DNA of 62,062 bases, counting the filler, from Hausera hauseri (Eukaryota): assembly GCA_046269625.1 (NCBI GenBank). It is 12 parts of 12 records of this genome, joined end to end, with 100 filler letters (N's around TTAATTAATTAA, not from the genome) between each part and the next. Parts side by side here need not be neighbours in the genome. Positions count along the whole stretch, not along the records: positions 9,837 to 14,481 come from JBJURY010490243.1; positions 14,582 to 19,677 come from JBJURY010337048.1; positions 19,778 to 25,902 come from JBJURY010137316.1; 9 more parts are not named here. One strand, given 5' to 3'. Below, one piece after another: positions 9,837 to 21,265 of the stretch (position 1 is its first letter; the number at the start of each line of letters is the position of its first letter). The notes below the pieces were generated by a model that was not told the origin of the DNA, searched no databases, and was given only the letters and a program-made list of their open reading frames with translations. The position numbers were made by a program, and so were the translations under genes.

Positions 9837-12000
9837 GATCTTTTCATTTCATTAAATTCCTGTTCCAAAGCATTACGTCTGCGTAGCGACAAAGGTCTGG
9901 CCTTTTGTTTGATCGGCCTCTGGTGCTCTGTTACTATGTGATGATAAGTTGTGAATGGAGGCTTGAAGTTGAAGTCCCTTTTAACTATGCGAAAGCAAGA
10001 CATTGTGACGTATGATTGAAGATTGGAGTCTAGAGACAAAAATGAATGAGGCATGTTAATAGAGAAAACAGCTCCAGTGATTGACGAAAAGCAGCTGGCA
10101 TCGCTACTGTCGACGTCTAATTTGGATTTTTGTTTTAGGATATTTTTATGATTGTCGTTCATAATGGAAATATTGGCGACTTTATCGGAAGTTTTTTTAT
10201 AGATGAAGAAGCGTTCAACAAGTTCATAGATGAGCGCAGTGAATTGCTCGCTAAGTTGTCTATGAGACACATGTTTAGAGTTGCAATTGAGTTCCTGCTT
10301 AAAAGACAGCTGTATTTGCAATCGCCCAATAGATCATGTGCGGTGAGAAAATCTGAGCCTATTATGGGAGATTTAATGTTGGCCACGTGGAACTTCCAGA
10401 CAAACTTATCCGGCAAGTCGACAAATGTGAAAGTTAATTCCGTGGTTTTTGCAACAGGCAATGATTGACCACTAGCAGTGAAAATCGGTGGACAGGAAAT
10501 CATAGTCGATGTAGGAACGAAGGACAAGGGAAGGAGCGAAAAGGAAGCTCCTGAGTCTATAAGGAAGTCGATATGTTAAGTATGTCTGCTTAGCAGTACA
10601 GCTTTCAACAAAAAGACTGTAGAGGCGGTGTTGAAACGGCCAGAAGATTGAGCGATATTGCCTGAGCCAGAATGTGCCGATAAAATCTGGCGGCATTATT
10701 AGTTTTTTGAAGGTTTTGGAAGAAAGGAAGAGGAAGAGGAAAAGCGAGGAGATTTATCGATGTAATCTTTACAACCAGACACACATGATCTAGCCCGTGA
10801 CTGAAACTTATTGTGATATACGAAAATGGGGTTGTCCACAGCGTACTGTTCGCTGTAGAACCGACAACTCAAAAAACATTTCCGAACATCCCTTCGAAAT
10901 CACGTGTGATAGAAGCAAGTCATGCGTCCGCCAGGTGACATGGATCGAGTAGAGTGTCTGGCAATGCTTCTCGCCCTTGAAGTTGTGGTTTCACTTCTTC
11001 TAGGCCAATTAAGATTATTTATTTGGGTAGTAATGGCCAAAATCGACTGTTGCAACTCGTCAAACTGTTGCTGCATCATTTGCAATTGTTGTGAAAATGA
11101 AGTATTATGTGTGTGAAGGTGTGTGAGCAGTTGCTGCAGCTGCTTGTTGTTGACTATTATATTGCAAAATATCAAAGCTTTTGTCTGCCAATAAGGCGAG
11201 ATTTTCAAGGGCCGTTGAGTCATCTACTACAGTGAGCAGCGCTTTGATGGAGGTTGGCAAGGATGAAAGAAAATATTGACGAAGAAGATCGGCATTGTTT
11301 ATAGGAGTGACGCCTAACGAACTCAGTTGAGATATTGCAGTTTTAAGGAAATCCGACGGTTTTTGATTAACGATGGCATGTTCATTAAAGTATTTCTGAA
11401 TTATGCTGTCAATGAAAGGGTCGGTAATGTGCAGAACTGATTCATAAAGCATATCATATGGATTTGAAGAGGTTAGTATGTCAACCAGATTATTGAATTG
11501 CTTCTTGTTATTAGCTGGAAGTAGTAGCAACAAACTGTTCGCCCGCAAGAAGGAATCTGTGATATGATTGGCCTTAAGCCATTGCAAATGGAATTGTAAC
11601 CAGGTACGACTCGAATTCGTCTTGTCGAGAAAAAAATTTGTGCAAGGGAGATTTGGAGATGTAGTCGGTGTGGGGTCGGCAGGACGTCGAGCAAATCTGG
11701 TCTTATTAGGGTTTTCCGGATAAAAAGGATCGGAGTCCAATCCAGCCGGTAGGCGAAAGTGAAGAGTGAGATGGATAGTTTTGGAGGAAAATGCAGAAAG
11801 TTGGTTATGGACGTTGAGTATAGAACCATGATATAAGCGATAAAAGTATGACGAGGTGAGGAGAGAAGATAGATGTGCGTGAAAGTGATGAGGGGTATCC
11901 GTGTGTGGCGCATAGAAGGTATGGAGGTGTGTATTATTGAAGAAGATAAACAGGGATAAGGGACGCGGTGCAGTGTGGGTGGTCACGCTCGACTTCTCAC
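9837..12000 (-). mobile_element. Ty3/gypsy family B, 5' part: UBL-Gag, two Cys/His knuckles, protease, start of RT (degenerate)
   Basis: Gag motifs KPSDFL and LLRQYFLSSLP. Knuckles CFYH..F....KC...C and VYHNKF...ARSC...C. Protease FLIDSGAS...IIGSDFL. RT start HHIVT..RPIKQKARPLS. Confidence 0.92.
11741..11956 (-). other. Ubiquitin-like domain at the N-terminus of Gag (ends RLPAG)
   Basis: 72 codons SLFIFFNNTHLHTF...HFHAHLSSLL...YFYRLYHGSIL...IHLTLHFRLPAG follow the ubiquitin pattern. Homologous to 58099-58311. Confidence 0.65.
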
Positions 12001-12049
12001 CCAAATCATCGATAGCTCTTTCGTTGATAGCTCTATCTTGATTTGGGCT

Positions 12050-14340
12050 ATCATAGTTCCAATGTGACATATGACACTCATGTAAACTACCAGCGTTGTT
12101 TTGCATTATAAAGAATAAAATGCCGATATGTAAATATCTATCATAGTTACCTTTTGATAAAGGTAATTCGAGCAATCGCTCTTGGGGTATTTGCGTCAAA
12201 TGAACTGGAGTAGTACCGTTATTCAAAAACGGAGTAACTGTAACATTAGACGAATCGGAATAGGAAAGACCAATGTCATCATCATTATCTCGAAACAATC
12301 GTGGACTACGTTTGATCTGTAATTTTATGAGGTTGAGATCTATGCCAGCACCCCATTCTTTTGCATCAGCATTCGGTGGTAGACATTTGCTATTAGCCTT
12401 GCGGTTCTGCACACATGAACCGGTAGTTCTTCCGCCAGCATATCAGTTGGGAGTTTGTTCAATGACGTATTTAACTGATTGTCCTTCGATATCGGCAACA
12501 CAAGTTTAGACAGATTTATTTGTCGTGAATTTGTCAAGAAGACTTTCAGAAAAGTTGAACTGTTTACAAAAACTGTTGTACAATGTCCTATTGACTATAC
12601 ACCCGATCAACGATAGAATACTGTTCCAAATTGCCGGTGATTCTATTTTGTCAAATACAACACAGACTTCTCGTACAATACAGGCTAAGCATGATTCCTG
12701 GTTGCTATATATCATGACGAAATGTTCAAGGAGGGTCATCAGTAGTCCGTATACATGATCGTGGTTCTTTAGATAACCAATACAATTGGTTATAATTAGG
12801 AGCCAGTTCTCATCGTAGTACATGTCATTAAGTATATACTTGGTTAGCATGTGAAGAATGTGACATTGTGTTATAATATTTTCGACGTTGTTCCGTCGAG
12901 AGGAAGCGTTCAAATGGCGAAAAAAATGAAATACGAATGAGCTGTACGTGCAGAAAATGTTAATAATGTAGTTAATGATAGCCACACTACGTTCATAAGC
13001 CAGGGTAATGATGTGACGCAATGCTTCACTAAGATGGACGGAATGAGTTGAATTGTAGAAAAAATGAGTGAGAATTGCCAATGTGTGGATCATTCCATCA
13101 ACGCTATACGAAAACGTCTGGCATCCTATGGCATATTCACATTTTTTATTAATAATATGAGCTATTTTATCATCGAGTTTCGTACGTTCCTCATCATACG
13201 TACTAATCAAAATGTCGAAAGCTATGTGAGGAATTGATGCACTTCTTGCCATTCGACTGATATATCCACGGTACACCGGAAACACGATATACATCCATTT
13301 GGTTTTTGGTACACAGTACTGATGTCGTATCAGATTCTCGTGTAGTATTTTATCGTTTCCGTATGACACTTTCTTTCTGATGGTGACAGGGTAACGTTTA
13401 CCATGTTCAAGTATGTCCAACTGACTGACAGTCAATAGAATTCCCAGTAATTCCGAATCGATTTTCGATTCACTATATGCAGAAATCTTCAGTGTCTCTT
13501 TATCGGATGTCTTGGAAAAGAAACTCTTAATTTCTTCGATAGCCGAGGGTGAATTGTTATTGGAGAATTTGCAAGAAAACAATGAACAGAAGATCGACTG
13601 GAAAGGAAAAGCAGTTTGGTATTCGTGTGGCATCATTTTCAGAAAGCAAGAAGTAAAACTGATTTGGTCTATTGTACCCCAGTAGACAGAGAACACTGTG
13701 ATGTCGGTGTCAATGGATAATACATATCCACGAAACCATCTCGACAGTTTATAGTAGATATCTCGACAGACGATATCATTGTGGTTGATATCTTGACAAT
13801 TACGGTCGTATTTGTTTTAGAAACGGACGTCTTGCCCGGTGATGGAGTTTCGTCAACAGCAATCGACATACAATCGTCCAGCAGAAAGTTGAGATATTCT
13901 TCTAAAGCAGTTCTTGTTTTTTACATCAAATTCCCGTATCCACGATAAGCATCTTCAACGATCACGGTTTCGCTGAGCTGTGCGTCGTAATGAATTTCGG
14001 CATTTGATGTTATTTTTGAGGAGTTCTGAAGAACATTCATTTCATCATGCAAAACGGTGATGATGATATTGTCCAGTCTACATTCAAGTTCGTGGCACTG
14101 GGCTTTATTTTTCAATTTCGATATAAGGTCTATGTACATTTTATCACCAAAACTGCATTTTTGTACATTTTTGTACATTTTATCATCTGCAGAATGATTA
14201 AAAACACGGATGTAGAAATGAATCGTTTCCAACGACAAAAGTGCAGCATTTTCACTGTAATGGGTTTCATGAATTTTTTGTTTGCCATTTCACAGATTTC
14301 AGTAATTTCTTTCTTTCTTTTGATTGGTAAAATTCTGACA
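12050..14340 (-). pseudogene. Cluster of intronless, closely packed, partly broken ORFs of unknown function
   Basis: ORFs 13921..14238, 13669..13869, 12506..13696 and 12340..12537, plus the N-terminal part of 11105..12412, all lie on one strand and abut or overlap. No motif recognised. Confidence 0.45.
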
Positions 14341-14594
14341 CCAATTTGTGGTCACTGTGACAATGAAAGATGATAAGTTATGAATTCCAAAAAAACAGGA
14401 AGGCTGATAATTAAAGATTTTATTCAACTACAAATCCTTTTCACATTTTGTCTGTCATTACATTAAAATATCTGGAAACTGNNNNNNNNNNNNNNNNNNN
14501 NNNNNNNNNNNNNNNNNNNNNNNNNTTAATTAATTAANNNNNNNNNNNNNNNNNNNNNNNNNNNNNNNNNNNNNNNNNNNNAGGTTGCAGCTCT

Positions 14595-14888
14595 ATGAAA
14601 AATCCAATTATTGTGTTAAATCAACTGCACATTCACCGATTGTGTAATACAAATTACTTTAATGCTGTTGAAAAGGTACGCGGTGAATTAAAGAACTGGA
14701 AAGAGAAAATAATGGACCAAGTACGAGACTGTCAGTTTATGTGTGTACTATTTGAACAAAGAAAATTGGACACGGTATTCTTAATGTGCGACAATCTAGT
14801 TGTTTGTTAAATGTGTTCCATTAAAGTAACCCAGTGTGTAGAATGTAAATGTGCTATAATGGAAATTGTGCAAATTTATTATGAATGA
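14595..14888 (+). pseudogene. IAP-type C-terminal RING finger protein, degenerate
   Basis: Reading through the stop at 14808 gives CVLFEQRKLDTVFLMCDNLVVC*MCSIKVTQCVECKCAIMEIVQIYYE, matching the IAP/MDM2-like RING layout. Confidence 0.75.
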
Positions 14889-15799
14889 CTTTTTCAGTAG
14901 CGGAACGCAACAGTGTCATGGGCTTCAGTGACGTGGCAGTAATTTTAACTAGTATGTATCATTGTAATATGAGACAATATTCACAAAGTAAATGTCTATT
15001 GTTTACAATGAAAACAAACCGGTATGAACAAATTTGATATAAATGTGGATGCACTTTCATTTCACGTTTGTCTTTAAACAGTGTGTTTGGAAAACAATTT
15101 AGCAGGTGACATTTCTGTGAGTCTCTCAAAAAAGCCAAGGTACATCGAATATTCGCTTAGAAATTCTCGATTGTATAATGGATACAACTTACATTATCGG
15201 CGCAACGCTATTCAATTGCCATTGACGCAAACGGTCAAAATCAAACGGTGAAATATGGTAAATTGATGCAAAAGATCAGGGAGAGTGATTTGGATACAGT
15301 GGAAGAAACAATTAGAAAAGTTGACGTGAGTTGGTGTTGAGTAACGATATCCGAGATACATCGTTGATTTTTCTCAAAGGAAACATGGGAAAAAGTGTCA
15401 GTCCACATGGCGGAGGAACAGTAGCAGTGTTGAATTCAGAAGGAGCTAAAGGCCATCTAGCATTAAAGTTGAAAGGATAGAAGAATCTGCACGGCGTTAA
15501 ATTACCAATAAGGAAGCTGGGAAAGTCTACGCTGATCTGACTTACATTGTTTTTGATTTTAGCTTATGATTAACAAATTTTATTGATTTTGTTTTCATAT
15601 TATTTCTTCTCATATTAAGTAAAATATATAAATGTATATTGATAAATTAAATGATAATAAAACCAAAGGCAAAAACAACGAACATTATACATTATTTATA
15701 CAAAACACACACAGTTCACCATGAACTGTCACAGTAAATGGGTCACTTTGATCTGCCTGTATTATCAGCAACTAATTTATGCATGTGCGTACGCGTGTT

Positions 15800-18700
15800 T
15801 CATTCCAAACGCTAATATCCGTACGTCCAACTCTTATTCCGCCCCACCCACTTACGCTTATCATTGCATGATAAACCGACTTTTTTATTGGTCACCGTAT
15901 ACAGCCGGTGCTCAATCAATCGGATGGTCGTTTGTGACACAACAGCTTTTGTTTGTCCTCCGTTTTCTCCTTCATAGATTCGACGCTAATCACTGTGGTC
16001 TAATTCCGTCTGGGCCAGCTGAACTCCTTTGGCGCGAATTTTCGGCCTACCGTTAGTTCAAAGGCTATAACATTTTGTCCGTATAAATACCCATTCCCGA
16101 TACTAATGCCGACTTTACTTTCATCCTTGAAGCAAGCGATTTTCTTTGTGATGGCGTTGCTGTACAATGGATGATTCTGTGGATAATTGCACGTATATAT
16201 TAATCAGTTTGCCATCATTTGCCATAGTAGTTGTTCGCGATTGACGTTTTTAATTTCCAAGAAAAAACTATTGGTGTCATCGGCAATTATACTGATCTTG
16301 CATCTACCGCCGAACATTTGCCGATAACGTACCAAATCGCGATATCGCAGCTCATACATCCGTAACTTGCTCAGATTTAATACCACTTGTCCTATATAAA
16401 TTGGCCGGTCTAGTACGACTTCTTTCCTGTTTAAAAGAATGGCAACTAATTTATCGTCAATGCACATTGATCGCCTGAACTGTGACTTGCTCGTGTATGT
16501 GACAAACCGCTTTCCCTATTGCATAGGCGTACATTGAGCTACTTTCTCTGATTCAATACTGTTTTTCCGTAGAGCGAATTTTTTTTTCATTTTGTAATAG
16601 TCTTTTTCAAACTTCGTACAAGCTGTAGCTCGTTTTTCCGAATTCCGACTGATATACGACTTGAATATCGGAGCCTGTGCAAATCGGATTGCGCGATGCA
16701 GCTGTGTGATGCATACACCAGGCTGCATGTAAAATTGCAACAGACGCCAATGAACAATGTAGTTTTGTTTAAGTACATGCGTCATAAGCAGCTTCTTCAA
16801 TTTCGACCCCGGCGAACATTGGCTGATTGGTGCGACCGGCAGTTCATCCAGAAAATTATGCGGCTCATCTGGTACCACGAGATCGACTTTTATCATGTAC
16901 CCGATTCAGCTGTTTTCTGTTGTGCCTGCTCTCGGCAGATTTTTCCTGTATTGTGTTCAGTTCCTGTTTGTCGACTATCCATTCGAATGAATCGTACAGA
17001 AGGGTTGCGAAAGCGCCCAGCCGTACAGATTATTAAAGTCGATATAAAACAGTGATATGGTATCATCACTGGGAGCAGTAGCAGCACTATCATGGCGTTT
17101 GTTGACAAATGTCATGCCGCCACGAATACCAACATTAAACATTCGTACATTTCCGGGTTTTTCAATAACTTAATATCCCGATCCAGTGACATTAGACCTG
17201 ATGCCAAACTCATTCCTGCTATTGAGTAAAAGTTGAGTGACTGCAGCCTATCTTCTGCAAACGCTTTAGCTCGAAATGTCTGAAACAGATTGGCTAATAA
17301 GTATACGTCCAGTTTCAGATACTAAAGCATGTAGTTCAACAGGTTTCTGCAGCCGAGCTCTGCCTAAAACGACTATGCTTTGTGATATTCTTCTTTTGTG
17401 ATACATGGCCATAGCGGTGATAATTTGTCTGTCGTCTGCAGCCGCTCGTACGATATTTCAAAGTTACACGGGAATATGCCTTTGTTACGTGCAATATGTG
17501 TAGGGAACTGCGCCAATGTTAGGGTACATGTGGTATGGCGTTTACCAGCTTTGCCAGATATTCACTGAAAAATTGCAATAAATCTAAAAAGCGTACCCGG
17601 AATCGGCCCATTTCAAAATATGNNNNNNNNNNGCCTTGTCAAATGGAATGAATTACATGCGGCTCCAAAATATCGACCGGTAAAATTATCATAATTCGGT
17701 ACGAGCCGTTCTTGTGCATCGAACGGTAATATTTTGTGGCACAGGTAACATTCATCTGTGACTGCAAACGTCAGGCGTCCATCATCTCTATTCAGATCAG
17801 AGGTTTGGTGCTATTATCGAAATACCACGGTGCAATTTCAGTTTCCACTATGGTTTGCAACTACTGCAACAAATCGCGAACACAATTCCATCCGTGAAAA
17901 ACATAATATTGAGGTTGACCGGCGGCTTTTATTGGGACAACCAACATACTGACGGCGATTGGAATATGTTTTTGGTCATATATGTTGTGCTATGGTAAGA
18001 CAGCTTCGATATCGGCATATACTACGTATGCCGGACTGTCTATTTTTGACCAATCAGTGAACTTGAGTTCCTTTTTGACGGGCATGACATACATTGTGGT
18101 TCGTGACGAATTTTGCCTGCACAGAGTCACATGTTTCTCCCATGTTGTTTCTGATCTAAATCCGTACAGACATACAGGATACCACTTACATTGTATCCAT
18201 TTTTTGAAGAATTGGTCACGTTCCATATTCAGCTGTCTGTCCAGATTTGTCACTGCAACGTAATGGAAATTTTCCTTTTGCTCTAACAACAACAAATTTA
18301 TTGTGTGGCCTTTCGGGTTCCGACTACAATAGATTATATCCACATTGGGATTCTGGTACATTTCTTTATCTACCGGTATTTCAACTACTGAGTTGTACCG
18401 GGAGACGTTGATTGACATCGTTGGATTACGCCGTTCGAAGGCCGCTATGGTTTTTAATTTCATGGGCATCCAGCATCCATCGTAATTTAATTCTTAAAAA
18501 TATTTCTGACACTGTTTTGCACTATATGTACTATATCTGTCCACTTGGTCATAGTTCAATACCTCCAGAATACTGTAAAGAAAACAGTATTCATCGTTAG
18601 TATTTTTTACATTTACTACCGCCAGAGACTGCTTCAGAGCTGCAGTGTGAATGATCGTCCCGATCAATATATTATGTCACTAGACTTTGTTATGATAAAG

Positions 18701-19200
18701 CTGACGGTGACATTTTTATAATTCGCCATTCATTACGCTTTTCGGTATAGTTGGCGATTTTATTCTCGAGCTTTTCGCCTACGTCGGCAATAAAATTGTC
18801 GGAATACTTCGGCTCGATGTCATAGGTACCACTGTTTCCTGCCACCTTACAAATTTTCAAATTCTGCCAGTGGATAATATTGCACTTTGCAGTTGTGTTA
18901 GAATTTCACCACCTCTGATTCCAACCGGTGGCGTACATTTTGCGTAACATATCTCAATTACGTTGTTGTTGTTTTCGCCGACATGTTCACTTTTATGTCC
19001 ACGTACGATCTGTTCAGATTGTACTTGACTATAATATTGGGAATATTGGCTTCCAGCTGCTCATTATCTTGTTGTTGTTGTTGCTGATGCTGTCACTACT
19101 GCTTCTGTTGCTGCTGCTGCTCTGTACTTTTCTGATTAAATCGACAAAACTTGTTGAGGCCTAAAGTTTCCTACTGATTATTGAGGGGATGTTGTTGCTG
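15800..19200 (-). pseudogene. Polinton/Maverick-type protein-primed DNA polymerase B (copy 1), many stops and frameshifts
   Basis: Motifs MPMKLKTIAAFERRNPTMSINV, HYVAVTNLDR, VVYADIEA, RGGMTFVNK, KDYYK, LDRPIYIGQVVLNLSKLRMYE and ADDTNSFF. C-terminus KKVGLSCNDKR..YGY. Confidence 0.93.
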
Positions 19201-19620
19201 CTTTTAGTTCAGTCCATAAATAGTTGTTTTTCCTACCGCTTAAACTGGTCTAAGTTCATAGTTATAACTGTTTATAGTTAATTTTAGCAAGTATTAAACA
19301 ACCGGGCAAACGTTGTCTTGTTTATTACGCCGCGTTGTGGTGCCATAGTACTGCTCAATTACATTATGATAATCACTAACTTTGTGCACTTTAATACTGA
19401 AGTAGCGTGGGTATGTAGGGCAATGCGTAACCATCATCTTCTTAGACCGAGTAAACGGTCCGAGTTGATGCTTGGGCACCTCATAAAAGTCGGCGTAGGG
19501 GCCTTGGGAACAAACATCATACGTTGGACACACATACGTGTCCTTTCCTCCAACGCTGTAACATTTCTTCATCTGTTGATGGCATTGATCCTCCACATAT
19601 ATACTCAAGACACAATACAT
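19200..19620 (-). pseudogene. Small Cys-rich ORF immediately upstream of pPolB (copy 1)
   Basis: YVCPTYDVCSQGPYADFYEVPKHQLGPFTRSK is clearly homologous to 24750-25162. Confidence 0.7.
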
Positions 19621-20699
19621 GGAATACTGCTTACATTTCGAAATTTAAACAAATTAACATTTAAAATAGATAAAAATNNNNNNNNNNNNNNNNNNNNNNN
19701 NNNNNNNNNNNNNNNNNNNNNTTAATTAATTAANNNNNNNNNNNNNNNNNNNNNNNNNNNNNNNNNNNNNNNNNNNNCTACACCACACACACACTCTTAG
19801 AACTACTGTATCTCAGCAGAAAATAACCTTAAGCGAGTAACATCTTGACCTCGGCGACGATAAAGGAATCCTTATCGAGGCCGCAGACGCAATAAAAAAA
19901 AAAGAAAGGGAAAACAATTCTGCCACTTATACATCATAAAAGCATGACAGCCTCCCTCTGCTCGGTCCTCCCCCCCATACCTCCAAGCACAGGCGCTTCT
20001 AAGCATTTCAAAGAAACCAGTGTTTGAGTGACTCCGATGTGGGAGCTCAGAGTCTATAGCTGTGGATTAGACTCACAGCAAATAGTAGCATGGAAGAAAC
20101 AGAGGTAATCTCTTCCCTCTCCCTCACAGCCCTCTCTCCATACCTGGTCCTCCGGTTTTTTTTTAAGCTCCTTACTGAATTAGTTCTCGCAAAGCTGCTC
20201 ACACAGAGAGGGGTTTATGCGCAGTGGGGGGAAAACGCTGCTCTGGATTCAAAAATACTCAAATATATAAAACACTGGAGAGCAAGTTTGACCGAATTGT
20301 CAAAACAAAGATCTGGGGTTCAGATCTAGAACTGATTCGGCACCAACTACAAATGGACATCAGATATTTCATTTCTGAAAATATGCAGATGGCCAGGAGT
20401 GGAGCTAGCAGCATCACTCTGGCCTGTGTGCCTAATACTTATCCCTTTGAAAATAAAGTTGATTTGATTTGTAATCCCTGCTGTAAGAAAAAATGGTCCT
20501 CATTCACTTAAAACTCTCCTCTTATACCTTGGCCTGTAGTTGTTGTCCAGAGAGTTCTCTAGACTTCTCTTTTGACTTTTTCTGGATTTCTTCTAGTCCT
20601 CGATCTTTGACAGCCTATTCAACATTGTCAGTCCAATGTCTGTCAGTCCAATGTCTTTTGTCTGCCAGAAGACAGTTACCACTTTGATGTCTGGTTTCC

Positions 20700-20860
20700 A
20701 TTGCTTTTCGTGGCAACCATTATCCACTCATTCTGCATACATGCCCAAACTAATCTCAGCTGGGTCTGGCCCACGTGGGCTCATTGGCTGCACATTAAGG
20801 CGAAAACGTCTTACCCCAGGACATCTTCCCTTAAATGTATTCTACTTGTCTGCGCTATGA
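20700..20860 (-). mobile_element. RTE-like LINE 3' remnant
   Basis: The minus strand encodes a frameshifted LR(W)FGHVCRM-type motif typical of RTE ORF C-termini. Confidence 0.45.
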
Positions 20861-21265
20861 TGTGCTGTTATGTATTGTGGTTGTACAGTGTTGTATAGTA
20901 TCGTACCCCGATTCCAATTTGTTTTCTGTTGTGTTGTGGCCCGTAGTGTATTGAAGACCTGTTTTGTTTCATCATGTTGTTTTGTGATGTGCTGTTGGAT
21001 TGTGTCGTGTTGTGATGTGCTGTGTTGTGTTGTGAAAAGTATTTGAGTTTTTGAGTAATATGAGATTTTTTTTCGTTAACTCAACTTAATCCTCATTTCC
21101 TTGTTATAAAATAGAAGACAAAAATTAGTGTACAAATACGTTATTGATCACATGTACAGCAGATGAATGTAAAACAAACAAAGATCACAAATGTCGCAAA
21201 GTGATCTGGCTGGTCTGAACTGCATCTTTGTACTGACTGAACTGTTGTTTAGTTACTGAGTAATG

